NCBI RefSeq assembly: GCF_004010195.1
Contig: NC_057720.1
Coordinates: 25,833,208-25,881,203 of the forward strand
Reading direction: 5' to 3'
DNA length: 47,996 nt
Origin: Chiloscyllium plagiosum
Taxonomy: Eukaryota
This document shows positions 21,856-34,870 of the stretch, piece by piece. Position 1 is the first letter of the stretch, and each line of letters starts with the position of its first letter. Both the position numbers and the translations under genes were made by a program. The notes under the pieces were generated by a model. The model was not told the origin of the DNA. It made no database searches and saw only the letters and a program-made list of their open reading frames with translations.

Positions 21856-23619
21856 CCTGTTCACACTGACCCAGGGCGGTTGTGTAATCTCCATACTTAG
21901 CCAGGCCAGCCGCCTCCAACTCCAACTACTAGGCGCAGCACTCAGACGAAAATCACTTCTCCAACAAGTTACACAGAATCATACTGAGCCAGAGATGTGG
22001 TCCAGGCATGGGTGTGGAGAGGGAACTGCCCCGGCTCCGGAGTGCACGGTCAGTGACAGCCAGCACACTTTACACTCAATCCTGGTGGTACGGTGGTTGT
22101 AGCATTAGATTTATAACCTCAGGTGGAAACTTCCCAGGCTCTGAATGATGTGGGCATTGATGGGGTGGGATGAAGTGGTGGGGGGGGAAGGTGGTCTTTT
22201 CACATTGGCAGTGAAAACAGGAAGGCTTTCAACAGGTAAAGATCCTCTTTTTCATAAGAATGTTGAATACCAAGATGAGATTCTCACTATTGAGTGGAAA
22301 GAGGAGTGTTTGCTTGTGTTAACATCCTCACTGTTATGACTGCTCACTTCATTGATATTCAATTTCCCATTATCCCACCTGCCAGATAAAACCTAGATGA
22401 CGACAATACCTACCATGAAAATCAGAGTGGTAATGTGGTAACTCCAGTGTGGCATCTGCTTCTGCATCAGTCACTAACATCTCAGGACACTCTACATGGG
22501 CAGTGACTGCATGTAATATCCATCCAGTAGGTCAAATGTTATGGCGGTAAGGCAGGTGAGTGGAATTGTGGGTCATCAGATCAGCCTTGATCTCAAATGA
22601 ATTGTGGAGCAGATGTGATGGGCCAAATAGTTTACTTCTGGTCCAATGTTTTATGGACTTCTGGACCTCCAAGTCCCTGTCACCAAAGTAGGATGCCAAT
22701 GACCTTCTGTTTGGCATATCCAGGACAAATGAAACCAACAATACTGGGCAGCTGTGGACTGGACGAAATGCGCAGCTCAATTTTAAAGATCGCCCCAGTT
22801 CCTGCAATCTTAGGCGTCTTGGTCGTGGCCAATGTTTTCACGTCCAACGATGAGGAAAATACTGCAAGCTGAGTGCCATTGGAGTGTGCTGTATGATTGA
22901 GTTAAGTTTGGGAACATTGGATGAGAAAACACATTAGGGCTTACAGACAGAAATCCTCCATGAAATATGCAACAAAATGACACCCAGCCAATTTCTGGTG
23001 AGATCCAGCCCTCCAGTGAAACTATATTATGCAGTGGACCTCATTAAGTTCATGACATTGCAATCCAGCAGCAAGAAAAGAAAAATGACTGGGCTGCCTT
23101 TTTATTAAGAACCCAAGAAATTCGCCGTTTCCTTCCAAAGGAGCTCAAACTGATCTGGTCTCAGCAAGAATCCACTTCCACACTAGGAGTTTGACTTTCA
23201 TGTGGCAGGATCCAAAGAGAACCCTCCCTACTTCCACGTAGAATGATATGCGATCTTTTGGAGATGAAATTGGTTGTTGGCAGTAGCCTAGATTTAAAAT
23301 AAATCAGCAGTCTTTAGTGAAAAACTTTGAAGGCAAGTTGAGGTGTTTCTGGAGACACAGGTCTCAGGGTGATATTTTTAAGAAAAGGAGCGTGACATCT
23401 ACAACAAAGTGGGATCAACTCCAAAGAATCTTCTGGCCATTATCTCTTCCTTGTTGAAGCAATGAAATCTCCATGACATTAAATTAATCTGGTTATGAAT
23501 TTCTTCTGCTCCCCCTAATATTTTAATGACATTTTCAAGGGAAATTAAGAATGCAAAAAGATATTGCAGTAAGTGCTGACCTCATTTGTGCTTATCTTAA
23601 TGGTGTTTCTGCTCTTTCT

Positions 23620-24010
23620 CAGCCAGTCCCTCAGCATTGAAGGTGGCTTGCATCCACTCCATTACAAAGGATTCTGGGAGTGATGGTAAGCCCAACACGT
23701 GATCTACAGACCATGTGTGGCTCAGATGGTGCTTGAAGGTTTCACCAGTAAGTTATTGGTGGTTTGTATACTCTCTCCTGTGCTTTGACTATCCCTCTAG
23801 ATGTTCCCAATGGAGTTTCTTGATGTGTTTTTTCATAAACATTCCCCATTTTGGTTGGTTATAAGTCAAGGCCTCCCATGAATCAGCAGGATGTTTGAGC
23901 TCTTCAGTGATACTTTGAAGACATCCCTGAAGAGTTTTTTTTCCCGTCCTCAAAGGAGTCCCACGCTGTGATCAAGCTTTGAATACAGCAGTTGTTTCAG
24001 GTTTGCTATT
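23620..24010 (-). mobile_element. RTE-clade LINE 3' remnant
   Basis: Minus strand reads LKQLLYSKL...KLFRDVFKVSLK...DSWEALTYNQPKW, typical of the RTE C-terminus. Confidence 0.65.
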
Positions 24011-25039
24011 GTGTTACCCAAATGAGAAATTCAAAAATGAAAAGAGCATCAGTCTGTGCACTTAGTACAATAGTCATACCAAGGAGCAAGTGTAGGGGCA
24101 TGTGAAAAAGTTAATCCCCACTCAATTCACATGTATTAGCTCTAACACACAATGCATGAAACAGCCTAGAAAATATGAGACAGTGAGAATAATAAAAGAT
24201 AGAGAAGGTTACACACCGAATAATGGAGATTTAGGAATGCTACAAGGCTTTAACATACTCAAGGGATTTGGATGGTTTTGTAAACACAAGATCAGTTACA
24301 GTTACATCATTCAAGCATCATCCCAGATATGTGCACATCAGGATTTTATTCCATTAGTGACATTTCATGTTGTTGCATTTTTATGAGAGCTGGTAGTTCC
24401 CATTACTGCTATTATTGTTACCCTTTACTGCTGTATTTTGGCAGACATATTTGTTGTGCAAAGAGCATATTTCACAAAATTTACATTTTTTTACTTATAA
24501 AATGACAGACTTAGACAGCTAAAAATCTTAAATGTAATTTAAATAATGTTTTTAATAAAATCAGAACTTTGAATAGAAGCTATGTTGTCTCCTAAATTTT
24601 TGGAACTTATTTTTCAAATTTCAACTTTAAAATTCAGTCACTACTTTTGTATTCAAGCTTAGATGTTTTGATTCATAAGAATAGAAGTGACAGTTGGAAG
24701 AAACAATGAAAGTCAAGTTTGGGGCATTATAGTGGAAGAACATAGGAACATTTGGGGCCTACATTAATTCTGAGAGTTGTAGTCTAATTGTTTTGCTGTG
24801 TTACATTAGAATCTCATAACTGTACTCTTAAATGTAAACATGATAATAAAGAAAATAGATTGTTGGAGTGGTATGGTGCTTGGTTTAAAATCCCAGCTTC
24901 AGTGTAATAGCCTGGATACTCACTCAGCTCAATAGCTGACTATATTGTGCTCCAGAATTACACCGACAGTGTGACTTCAACTCTTGCATTGTATGTGATT
25001 GTTCATGGAGGCTTGCGAGTTTTGTCATGCTGTAGTGTA

Positions 25040-25810
25040 ACAAGTTGTGGTATCCCATAATTCCTCGAAAGGGTGGAATTAGCAATTGCAGATGATAGGG
25101 GGCATAGTGAATTCTTCAGAAGATCAAAAAGAAACTGTAAGTGAATGCTGATAAGATGGGAGATTGAGCTCAATGTGGTGGAAGAAATTCAGTGATATTA
25201 AGTGTGTGATCATATATTTTAGAAAATAACAGAATTAAATATAATTGCGTGTAAAAGGAAGGGAGGGACTTTGAGGAACAGGTACATAGATTAAAATCTA
25301 CATTTCGGGTTGATAAGGTTGTAAAAAAACTTAAAATTTTGCATTTATCTCAAGAGGTGTAGATCATGATCATAAAAGTCAACAGATAATGATGAGCTAC
25401 AACAAAGTCTTAATAAGAACACAGTTAGAATTCTGTGTGGAGTATTGATTTCAACGCAGAAGGATGGATATTAAGGTTCTAGAGAGGCAAAATGGATTCA
25501 TTAGCTTGCTGCCTAGTATGTGTAAATCCACAAACTGGAAGAAAATTTGTGGATTTTGTTATGAAGATATGGATTTTGTGGTGATATAATAGAACGTTTA
25601 TAAGTTATGGAAAGATGTGCTAGTTTGGATAAAAGCGGAATGTTTACAATGGTAGTGTTAAAGAATGAGGGGCCATAAATAAAATAATCTTTTAAAAAGA
25701 GATTTAGAACAAACAGCAAGTGAAACTTCTTCATAGAAACTTTTCCAAGGAGTTGTGAGGCTGTGGAAGGCACCTCCAGGATTAGTTGTTGAGGCAGAGA
25801 TTATCAATGT
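25040..25810 (+). mobile_element. Ancient CR1 fragment
   Basis: Degenerate motifs: gcagatgat, aagtgtgtgatcatatatttt, agaacacagttagaattctgtgtg and gagggccataaat. Confidence 0.6.
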
Positions 25811-26329
25811 TGGATACAATTCTTTCCTATCATTTACAAAAAACTATATACTACAAATGTCTTACTGTTAAACCATGCACTCTTGCAATTTTTTGCCAAT
25901 CAGATGCCTGTCCATGCATCATTGTTACGTGTCAAACTAACCATTTGTAATGCATTCCCATTCATCCCCTGGACATAGACCTCACATGATTTCTATTATC
26001 TTTGAAGGTGTCATGTGTCTTCCTGAAAACCAGATAGTAAACATTCACTGTCTACAAAGTCATTGCTAATTTATTGGATTTCTATGAGGCAATCATGAAC
26101 TCCCACTCCTAAAACATTGTTCACTGCCTGGATAACTCATGCTCCAATATATGTTCTGTTATATTATACACTCTAATTTTTATTTGGAAGGAAAATGGAG
26201 GAGAGACAAAACAGAATGCGCCATATACATCTTAAGTGGAGGCAGTATCTGCCATATATGTGCAAAAGAGCAAGGCAAAAAATTTTGTACCGGCTTCAGC
26301 CAGAAGTGCCCTTCCCGAGATGTCCAACA

Positions 26330-27600
26330 TCGCTGAAGTACATCTCTAACCAAGACAATTCAATTCATCTGATCAGGAAATGGCTGAGAGAACCAAACAA
26401 AGCAAAGGTTGTGGGCTTGGGAACATCCCAGTACTAATGAAAAATTGTACTCCAGAGCCAGCAGAACCTCCAGCCAAGCAGTTACATCTGCCTGATAATG
26501 TGGAAATTTCCATAGGCAGTTCTTGTTTCCAAAGGCCAGGACAGCTCCATCAGCCTACTCCCAACCATCAGCAAGTTGATGGAAAGTGCTGCTAACAGGC
26601 TCAAGTGACACTAGCACAACAAAAACCTACTCAACAATGCTCACTTTCAATTCCATCAGGCTCAGCTGGTTCCTGATTATGAGTAAAAACAATGACTGCA
26701 AACCAGATTCTGGATCAGTGGTGCTGGAGGAGCACAGCAATTCTGGCAGCATCCGACGAGCAGCAAAATCGACGTTTCAGGCAAGAGCTCTTGCACGAAA
26801 CGTCGATTTTGCTGCTCGTCGGATGCTGCCTGAATTGCTGTGCTCTTCCAGCACCACTGGTTCCTGATTATATTGCAGACTTAGTGTAAACATAGACCAA
26901 TTGAAAAACAATTCAAGCTGAGCGCAACTAATTGATATCAAGGCAGCATTTGACTGAATGTGGCATTGGAGACCAAAAATAACATTGAATCAGTGTGTAT
27001 CAAAGGAAATATCTCCACTGATTGGAGTCCTAACTGGTACAAAGGTTGCAGTTGTTCAAGGCCCCATAATATCTCATCAGGAGTTCCTTCAGGTCAATAT
27101 TTTCTGATCAACCTTTTCAGAGATGTTATTACACATCTCCTCTCCTGATTCCACAGCACCCCATCCACCAACTTTAGAGCACTGGACAGGACCTGATGGA
27201 ATACTTTCCACTTGCCTGGCTGGGTGTAGCTGTGACAGTGCTCATGATACTTGGTATGAGGACAAGGTTTGATCCACACCCCACCCACTCAATTAAATAT
27301 TCACTCTGTTCACCATTAGTGCCCATCGACTGCAGTCTGTACCACCTACAACTTAAAAAGGCTCTTTTGCCAGCATTTTTCAAACCCACAATATCACCTA
27401 TAAACACAGGGCAGTAGATGTAGGGGAACACCACCAACCACAACTTCCTATCTAAGCTACACACCATCTTGGTTTGAAACCATTCCTTCAACACGACTTG
27501 ATTAAAACCCAGTAGTTCACCACCTTCTCAAAAGCAATTAGGGATAGGCAGTAAATGATAGCCTTGTCAGTGATACCCACATCCCATGAAACAATAAAGG
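26330..27600 (+). mobile_element. Old CR1/L2-group LINE (family B), RT to 3' end, with PLE insertion
   Basis: MWKI, PISLLPTISKLMES, SGVPSG and MEYFPLAW motifs; 3' end gcaattagggataggcagtaaat. Confidence 0.7.
26681..26858 (-). mobile_element. Short palindromic PLE insertion (subfamily B tail)
   Basis: Inverted arms of about 70 bp around gcaagagctcttgc; perfect 15-bp TSD ctggttcctgattat (26666 and 26857). Confidence 0.9.
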
Positions 27601-27639
27601 GCAATAAAAAGCAAGGCAGTTTGGTAAAGATTTCTCAAT

Positions 27640-28060
27640 CACTGGTTTTGAGCACAGCCAGATGTTGTGATCAATTTGGGCACTTTAGGAAAGATACCAG
27701 AGTCTTGGAAACAATGCAGAACTAGAATAGTATCGGGGAAATTACTAAAGAGACTAGAGTAACTGGAATTGTTATCTTTGGAACACAACCATTGAAGTGG
27801 GAGATTTGTGTTCGATTGATATGAGGATTGATGAAAACATAGGAGTGAGAACCATTCTTCCGGCAGTAGTGCCTGTATCCAAGGGGACACAGATGACTAT
27901 AACTGGCCAACGAATCCAGCAGGGCGATGAAGAGAAAATTTGTACCCAGTGATTTGTGACCACATTACTTGACAGGGTGTTGGAAGCAGATTCATTAGCA
28001 ATTATTCAGAGGGAATTAGATATCGAATTGAAAAGGAAGATTGCAGAAGGACAGAGCTAA
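27640..28060 (+). mobile_element. Ancient CR1 3' fragment
   Basis: Degenerate gcactttaggaaagat...ttggaaacaatgcaga...ttgaagtgggagatttg. Confidence 0.55.
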
Positions 28061-30023
28061 TTCGTCGCCCTTTTAGCAAACCAGTGCTTCTTCATTTCAA
28101 GGAGAAAAGGTCATGGTTATGCTAATCAGAAATAGATGGACAGTGTGCCATAGGTTGTCCTTTGTCCACTAGTAGGCATTTGACTCAGGAACCAAACTTA
28201 AACAAACGTTCAATTTAAATTAAATCTCATGTGCCAGTGGGGTGGGCTACATTGGTGTCCACAACATCCACGATTGTAGAATTTTACATGCTGCAGTTTG
28301 AGCAGGTTTGAGGTGCTAAGTTGTCATTTTCCCCCAGTATCTGTACCATCAGTGCAGCTTCATCTGTATGTAGAACTTTTAACATAAAGAGCGATACCTC
28401 CTGGATTCCAAATCACTGCTGAGAGATCTGTTTATAAATAATTCAAGGTTCAAAATGAAACATTGAGAAAATTATGTAAACAATTAAATGTGCGATATAT
28501 TTTTGTTGTGTGAAAAATGATATCGTTCTCACATTCTGTACACCTACATGTGTTATATAAATATAGATTAGTGATCAGCTGGCACACCCACATGCTATAC
28601 TGAATAAGATATTTGGATTTCATATTGTTGTATGAATGTTGTAAATTAAAAAATCATTTTTCACTTTTTTCCCCCAATTTAATATTTTATCCAGAGCTAT
28701 TATACATTTCCGGGATAGCTTGGAGTAATGAGATCATATAGTGGGAGATGTGAGTTGTACACAAACTATCTTGCTCAATGTCTGATTCAGCTAGAACATT
28801 TCATCATAAAACAAATAAACTTCAAACTTAATACCATTGCAGATCCCTCTGATGTCAAGGAGAGGAAGAAGCCTGTATCTAAAAGCAACAACGATAATAT
28901 AATCTCATGAAACATGCTGTGTGACCCCTTCAGTAGTGTGTCTGAATTGGAGGATAAATGCAATACTGCTGAACGCTGTAGTCACAGGGGCAAGGCTCTG
29001 AGCATTTGTTCTCAGTGACATTTAAAATAAAATTGGTATATGAGGCAGTATCAGCCAGCATGATGTGCGTTTGAGAAGAGGCTGACACTTAAGTGAAAAA
29101 AGTCTGGTAATGAGATATTTTCACAGGTCTTTCTGGACAGTGCTCATGTTGCAGCTTTCAGCGGTGATTATGTCAGCTTCAGATTAATGCAGTCTTGCTC
29201 TCATTTTAATTCAATCCGATATTCTAATAGCCTGCAAACCACTTATCATTCACCAACGTTCTGAAAATATCACGTGGTATTTGTTAAAGAAGCAGGGATG
29301 CAAACAAGAGGCAGAAAGAAAAAAAATAAAATCAGTCTGTATCTGGACTACAATGTCATAGAGATGTACAGCATTGAAACAGACCCTTCCACCGAAGGAA
29401 TGATCACAATACATTTCTTTTGTCATTCTAGCTATCGCCAAAGCTAATTAATCGTCATATTATAATCATTTACAATTTTATACCATCATTAGCCTGCCTT
29501 GGTGGGAACAATCTTAATCTGGAGGCAAAAACTAAGGGTTCATGCCTCCCCTGTTGTTCTCTTGTGTTGACCTTACTCATGCTATCAAGGCAAATTAGGA
29601 CCAAAGGTAGATTTCTGTATGTCCAGGCCAGAAATTAGGGCCATGTGCAGAAATTCCCACTTCTTTAGGGTCTTGTTTGGGCAATGTTTATGGCCAGTCT
29701 AAAGCTGCTGTTCTGCGTCAGAGGGTGCAGCCAAAAGCAGAGACTGAAAGTGTGCAACCCTCTATATTCCTGACGTGATAAAGCAATAGCAGGCCAGTCA
29801 GTCATGAGACCAAATATGCTAGACCACCACCCTTTAGACAGGGCCTCCAGCGCTGATAAATCTGAAGGATTTTCCTCAGATCCATCAGCCCCTTTGTGTG
29901 GCTTTCTATCGGACTCATTTTGGCATCCTTCTCTAAAGAGGGCGTGCTGTATTGAAATCAGGTGACCTACTTCTAACACCACAAACTTCAACATTGTTAG
30001 CTTGGAAATCATTGAAGGATATG

Positions 30024-30276
30024 CATAGAACCGCTACAGTGTGGAAACAGGCCCTTCTGCCCAACATGTCCACACTAACCCATTCCCCCACCCTATTACT
30101 GTACATTTACCCGACTAATTCACCTAGTCAGTATGTCTTTAGATTATGGGAGGAAACCGGAGCACCGGGAGGAAACCCACACAGACACAGGGAGAATGTG
30201 CAAACTCCACACAGACGGTCACCAGAGTCTGGAATCGAACCCGGGTCCCTGGTGCAGTGAAGCAGCAGTGCCACCC
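30024..30276 (-). mobile_element. HE1-like SINE
   Basis: Reverse V-domain (gggaggaaaccggagcaccgggaggaaacccac...gtgcaaactccacac) and B box. Confidence 0.85.
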
Positions 30277-30319
30277 CAAATACACCTCAACATTTACAAA
30301 AGGGATGGACTGCCTTTGA

Positions 30320-30465
30320 GCTGATCATTTACCTGAAATTTCTTTGTGGGATCCTGCACTTTATGAAATGGCTCTGTACTTTGTTAACATAGAAAACAGT
30401 GACTTTACTTCAAATAGATCTAACTGGCTGTGGAGCAACTGGGCCATCCTGAAAGATACAATTAA
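30320..30465 (+). mobile_element. Deu-type SINE 3' remnant
   Basis: tttgtgggatcctgc...aacagtgactttacttcaaa...tggctgt; similar to 37930-38040. Confidence 0.5.
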
Positions 30466-30702
30466 AAAGAATTATTAATTTCAGTTTTAGAAGGAACTAA
30501 TGGGTCATACACTTGAAGTTCAAATTGATATAGCACAGATGGTATAATTCTACTCAAATTGATTCTTAATTATACTTGAAAGCTACCAAATGAAGAAACA
30601 TCAGCTTCATGTAACGTGAGCTCAAGTTGCTGCTTTTATATTACCCTCCAATGACAAGTTTCAAACATTGAGTACAGTAGTAAAAACTAACATTTCTTCA
30701 AA

Positions 30703-31250
30703 TTTATTTGATGGGATGTGGGTGTTGCTGGCTGGGTCAGCATTTATGGGTCATTCCTACTTGCCTTTGAGAAGGTGATCATGAGCTGCTTTGTTGAAAC
30801 ACTGCTATCCATTTTATGTAGATAGATCCATAATGCCATTAGGGAGGGAATTCCAGGATCTTGATATCGAAGGAACAATTATACATTTTCAAGTCAGTCT
30901 TAGTGTAGAATGGCAACATTCATATGTATTTGCTGCCCTTGTCCCTCTATAGTCATGGGTTTGGAAGGTGTTGTCTAAGGAGCCTTTGTGCGTATCTGCA
31001 GTATGTCTTGTAAATGGTATATACTGATACATTCACATCCTTCATCAGTGACATTCAGTTAGTTTGTGGAGGTAACAATCAAGTGGGTTATTTTGTCCTA
31101 GACTGTGTTGGTGGAATGGCACTCATCCAAGCAAGTAGGGGGTGTATTCCAGTGCACCCCAGACTTGTGTCTTGTAGCCAACAGACAGACTTTGGGGGAT
31201 CCAGGAAGTAAGTTATTCACTGCAAACTTCCTAGCCTCTGATCTGAAGAG
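30703..31250 (-). mobile_element. Family-B LINE 3' fragment
   Basis: Reverse-complement homology to 31430-31935. Confidence 0.7.
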
Positions 31251-31324
31251 TTAATAGTGATCCAAAGTTTCCACTATGGGCACACTGGATGACCTTGGTA
31301 AAACTTAATTCACTTAAATAATTT

Positions 31325-31938
31325 TCTTGATATTCAATAGTGTTACTATTCCTGACCATCCATATCCTGATGTAGGTTGCTGGGGGGCTTGGTTCACCAC
31401 TGACCAGATCTGCAGCTATAAAGTCTCTCCACATTTACAAGGCACAAGTCAGGAGAGTGATGCAATACTCCCCACTTGCCTGGATGAGTGCATTCCATTA
31501 ACACTCAAGAACATCAGCATAATCCAGGACAAAGCAGTCTGAATGATTGGCACTCCATACACCATCTTAAACATTTACTCCTAACACATTGAGTGCATAA
31601 CAGCATCAGTGAGTAGAAACTACAAAGGTGCAACGTAACTCACCAAGGCTCCTTTGAGACAATATTCTAACTTTGTGACCTCAACCACCAAGAATAATGA
31701 GAATAATTGGTGTGTTGATACACCATTATCTGCAAGTTCCCCTTCAAGTCAAGCCCCATCTTGATTTGAACCATTAATATTGTTCCTTCAACGTCACTGG
31801 ATCAAAATCCTGGAACACCTTCTCTAGTGGCACTATGGACGCGTACACACCTGATGACTACAGCAGTTCAAGGCGGCAGCTCATTGCAACCTTTTCAAGT
31901 AAGGATTGGCAATAAATGTTGTCTGAGCCAGTTACACC
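31325..31938 (+). mobile_element. Family-B LINE 3' fragment
   Basis: atttacaaggcacaagtcagg...tactccccacttgcctggatgagtgc...atccaggacaaagcag encodes IYKAQVR, YSPLAWMSA and IQDKA. Confidence 0.75.
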
Positions 31939-31939
31939 T

Positions 31940-34000
31940 GAGTCATAAAGATGGACAACATGGAAACAGACTCTTTGGTCCACCTCATCCATGCTGACCA
32001 GATATCCTAACCTAAATTAGTCCTATTTGCCAGCATTTTGCCTATATCCTTCTAAACTATTCCTATTCCGATCCAAATGCCTTTCAAATGCTATAATTGT
32101 ATCAGCCTCCACCACTTCCTCGGTTAGCTCACTCCATACACGCACCACCCTCTGCGTGAAAAAGTTGCCTCTTACCTCCCATTTAAATCTCCCCCCCCCC
32201 CCCCAAATCTATATCCTCTAGTTCTAGACTCCCCCACCCCAGGGAAATGACTTTGTCTATTTATCCTATCCATGTACCTCACGATTTTGTAAACCTCTAT
32301 AAGGTCACCCCTCAGCCTTTGATGTTCTGGGGAAGCTACCTCTAATCTATTCAGTCTCTTCTTATAGTTCAAACCCTGCAACCCCGGCAACACCCTTGTA
32401 AAATGTTTCTAAACCCTTTCAAGTTGCACAACATCCTTCCGATTGCAGGGAGACCAGAATTGCACACAATATTCCAAAAATGATCTCACCAATGCCCTGA
32501 AGAGCTACAACATGACCTCCCAACTCCTATACTCAATGCTCTGACGAATAAAGGCAAGAATACCAAACACCTTCTTCACTATGCTATCTACCTATAACTC
32601 CACTTTCAAGGAGCTATGAACCTGCACTTCAAGGTCTCTTTCTTAATAACAGTCCCCAGGACCTCACCATTAAATGTATAAGTCCTGCCCTGATTTGCCT
32701 TTCCAAAATGCAACACCTCACATTTATCTAAATTAAACTCTATCTGCCACTTCTTAGCCCATTGGCCCATCTGATCAAGATTCCATTGTACTCTGAGGTA
32801 ACCACCTTCACTGTCCACTACACCTCCAATTTAAGTGTCATCTGCAAGCTTACTAACCATACCCCCAATGTTCACCCACAAATCATTTATATAAACGAAA
32901 AACAATGGACCCAAGCATCGATCCTTGTGGTACGTTGCTTTTCAGACTAGAGGCCTGTGAACAGCAAACCTCCACCACCAGCCTCTGTCTTGAACCTTCG
33001 AGTCAGTTCTGTATCCAAATCATTAGTCCTCTCTGTATTCTATGTGATCTAATCTTCCTAACCAGTCTACCATGAGTAGCCTTGTCGAATGCCTTACTGA
33101 AGTCCATATGGATCACATCCACTTCTCTTCCCTCATTAATCCTCTGTTACATCTTCAAGAAACTTAATCAACTTCATGAGATATTATTCCCCATGCACAA
33201 AGCCATGTTTACTATCCTTAATCAGTCCTTGCTTTTCCAAATACACATTAACCCTGTCCTTCAGGATTCCCTCCAACAACCTGCCCACCACCAATATCAG
33301 GCTCACTGGTCTATAGTTTCCTGGCTTTTCCTTATCACTTTTCTTAAATAGTGTCACCATGGTAGGCAACCTTCAGTCTTCTGGCACCTCACCTGTAGCT
33401 ATCTATTATGCAAATATCTCAGCAAGGGGCCCAGCAGTCACTTCCTTAGCTTCGCACAGAGTTCTAGGGTATATCTGAATAGGTTCCAGGAACTTATCCA
33501 CCTTTTTGCATTTTAAGCTATCCAGCATCACCTCCTTTGTAATATAAACATTTTTCAAGATGTTGTTATCCATTTCCCGATGTTCTATCTCTTCCATATC
33601 CTTTTCCACAGTGAACACTGACGCAAAATATTCTTTTAGTGTCTCCCCCATCTCCAGCAATTCTACACATAGGCCCTATTCTCTCCCTTGTTACCCTTTT
33701 GTCTTTAATCCCTTTGGATTCTCCTTATTTGCTGAAAAATGTGTTGCTGGAAAAGCGCAGCAGGTCAGGCAGCATCCAAGGAGCAGGAGAATCGATGTTT
33801 CAGGCAATTCCTGAAGAAGGGCTCATGCCCGAAATGTCGATTCTCCTGCTCCTTGGATGCTGCCTGACCTGCTGCGCTTTTCCAGCAACACATTTTCGGC
33901 TCTGATCTCCAGCATCTGCAGTCCTCACTTTCTCCTCGAAGATTCCCCTTATTTGCCAAGGCTACCTCATGTCCCCTATTTGCCCTTCTGATTTTCCCTC
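31940..34000 (-). mobile_element. CR1 LINE ORF2 fragment with PLE insertion
   Basis: KPGNYRPVSL, KHGFVHG, WQIEFNLDKCEVLHFG, RLRGDLIEVYKI. Confidence 0.93.
33731..33940 (+). mobile_element. Short palindromic PLE insertion with hammerhead core at 33811-33838
   Basis: Inverted arms of about 75 bp, then tail tctgatctccagcatctgcagtcctcactttctcct; TSD gatt(c)(t/c)ccttatttgc at 33717 and 33941. Confidence 0.92.
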
Positions 34001-34567
34001 TTCAGTGTAGTCTTTGGACTAGCACTGACATTCAGAATTAATTTTTTTTTGCTCTAGTTCCTCCTCAAGCTCATTTGCATATCATCCATGAAGCAGTGCA
34101 ATTGAACACTAATTTAAAATGTAATTGTTTTTTAAAAAAGTACATTAAAAATATCCCTTGCTATAATTGAGAGTGATAGCTTAGTGTGATTTCACCAACA
34201 TAGCTGGTAATGGGCTTATTGCAAAAATTAAGAATTTTTAATCGTCAGTCAACAACCAGTGACTAACCTGGTTGTTCAGGAAAAAAAAAATCAAGGTGAA
34301 ATAAAAATAATTCTACATAGCCTTTTGCTAGTTAGACTGCTGCACAATAATCAGATTCTCAGTACACAAAAAATAAGAGCTTATAGAACAAGACTTTTAG
34401 TGTGTTATAAATAAAGCTTAAATCTAACAGATTGTGAAGGAGTTCAATAAACCAAAACCTTCAAATGGTTAATAATTAAATTTAGTGGCACAATCAGATT
34501 TGCAGAAGGGATTGCCTTCAACCAGAGGACACTGGTGGAAAATGTTTTAAATCTGGAAAACCAGACT

Positions 34568-34870
34568 AAGGGGAGGCAATGGTTTTGTGGTATCCCTGCT
34601 GGACTGTTGATCCAGCAATCTAGGTAACATTCTGGGGACCCAGGTTCAAATCCCATCTCAGCATTTGAATTTTTTTTTTTAAGAAATCTGGAATTAAAAA
34701 TCTAACGATGACCATGAATCCATTATCAATTGTTGGGAAAACCCCAACTGGTTCACTAATGTCCTTCACCCTTACCCACTCTGGCCTACATGTGATTTCA
34801 TACTCAAATAATGTTATTGACTCTTAACTGCCCTCTGGGCAATTTGGAATGACCAATAAATACCAGCAAT
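34568..34870 (+). mobile_element. tRNA-derived SINE with family-B LINE tail
   Basis: B box ggttcaaatccc, core tctggaattaa...ggttcactaatgtcc...tggcctacatgtga, tail ctgggcaatttggaatgaccaataaat. Confidence 0.75.

Noticed and set aside
22640..22870. RTE endonuclease N-terminus on the minus strand
   Set aside because: Only weak DVKTL/ELGR resemblance; insufficient to call.
30703..31938. Large inverted repeat as a single element
   Set aside because: Two diverged LINE 3' fragments in opposite orientation, best explained as independent insertions.
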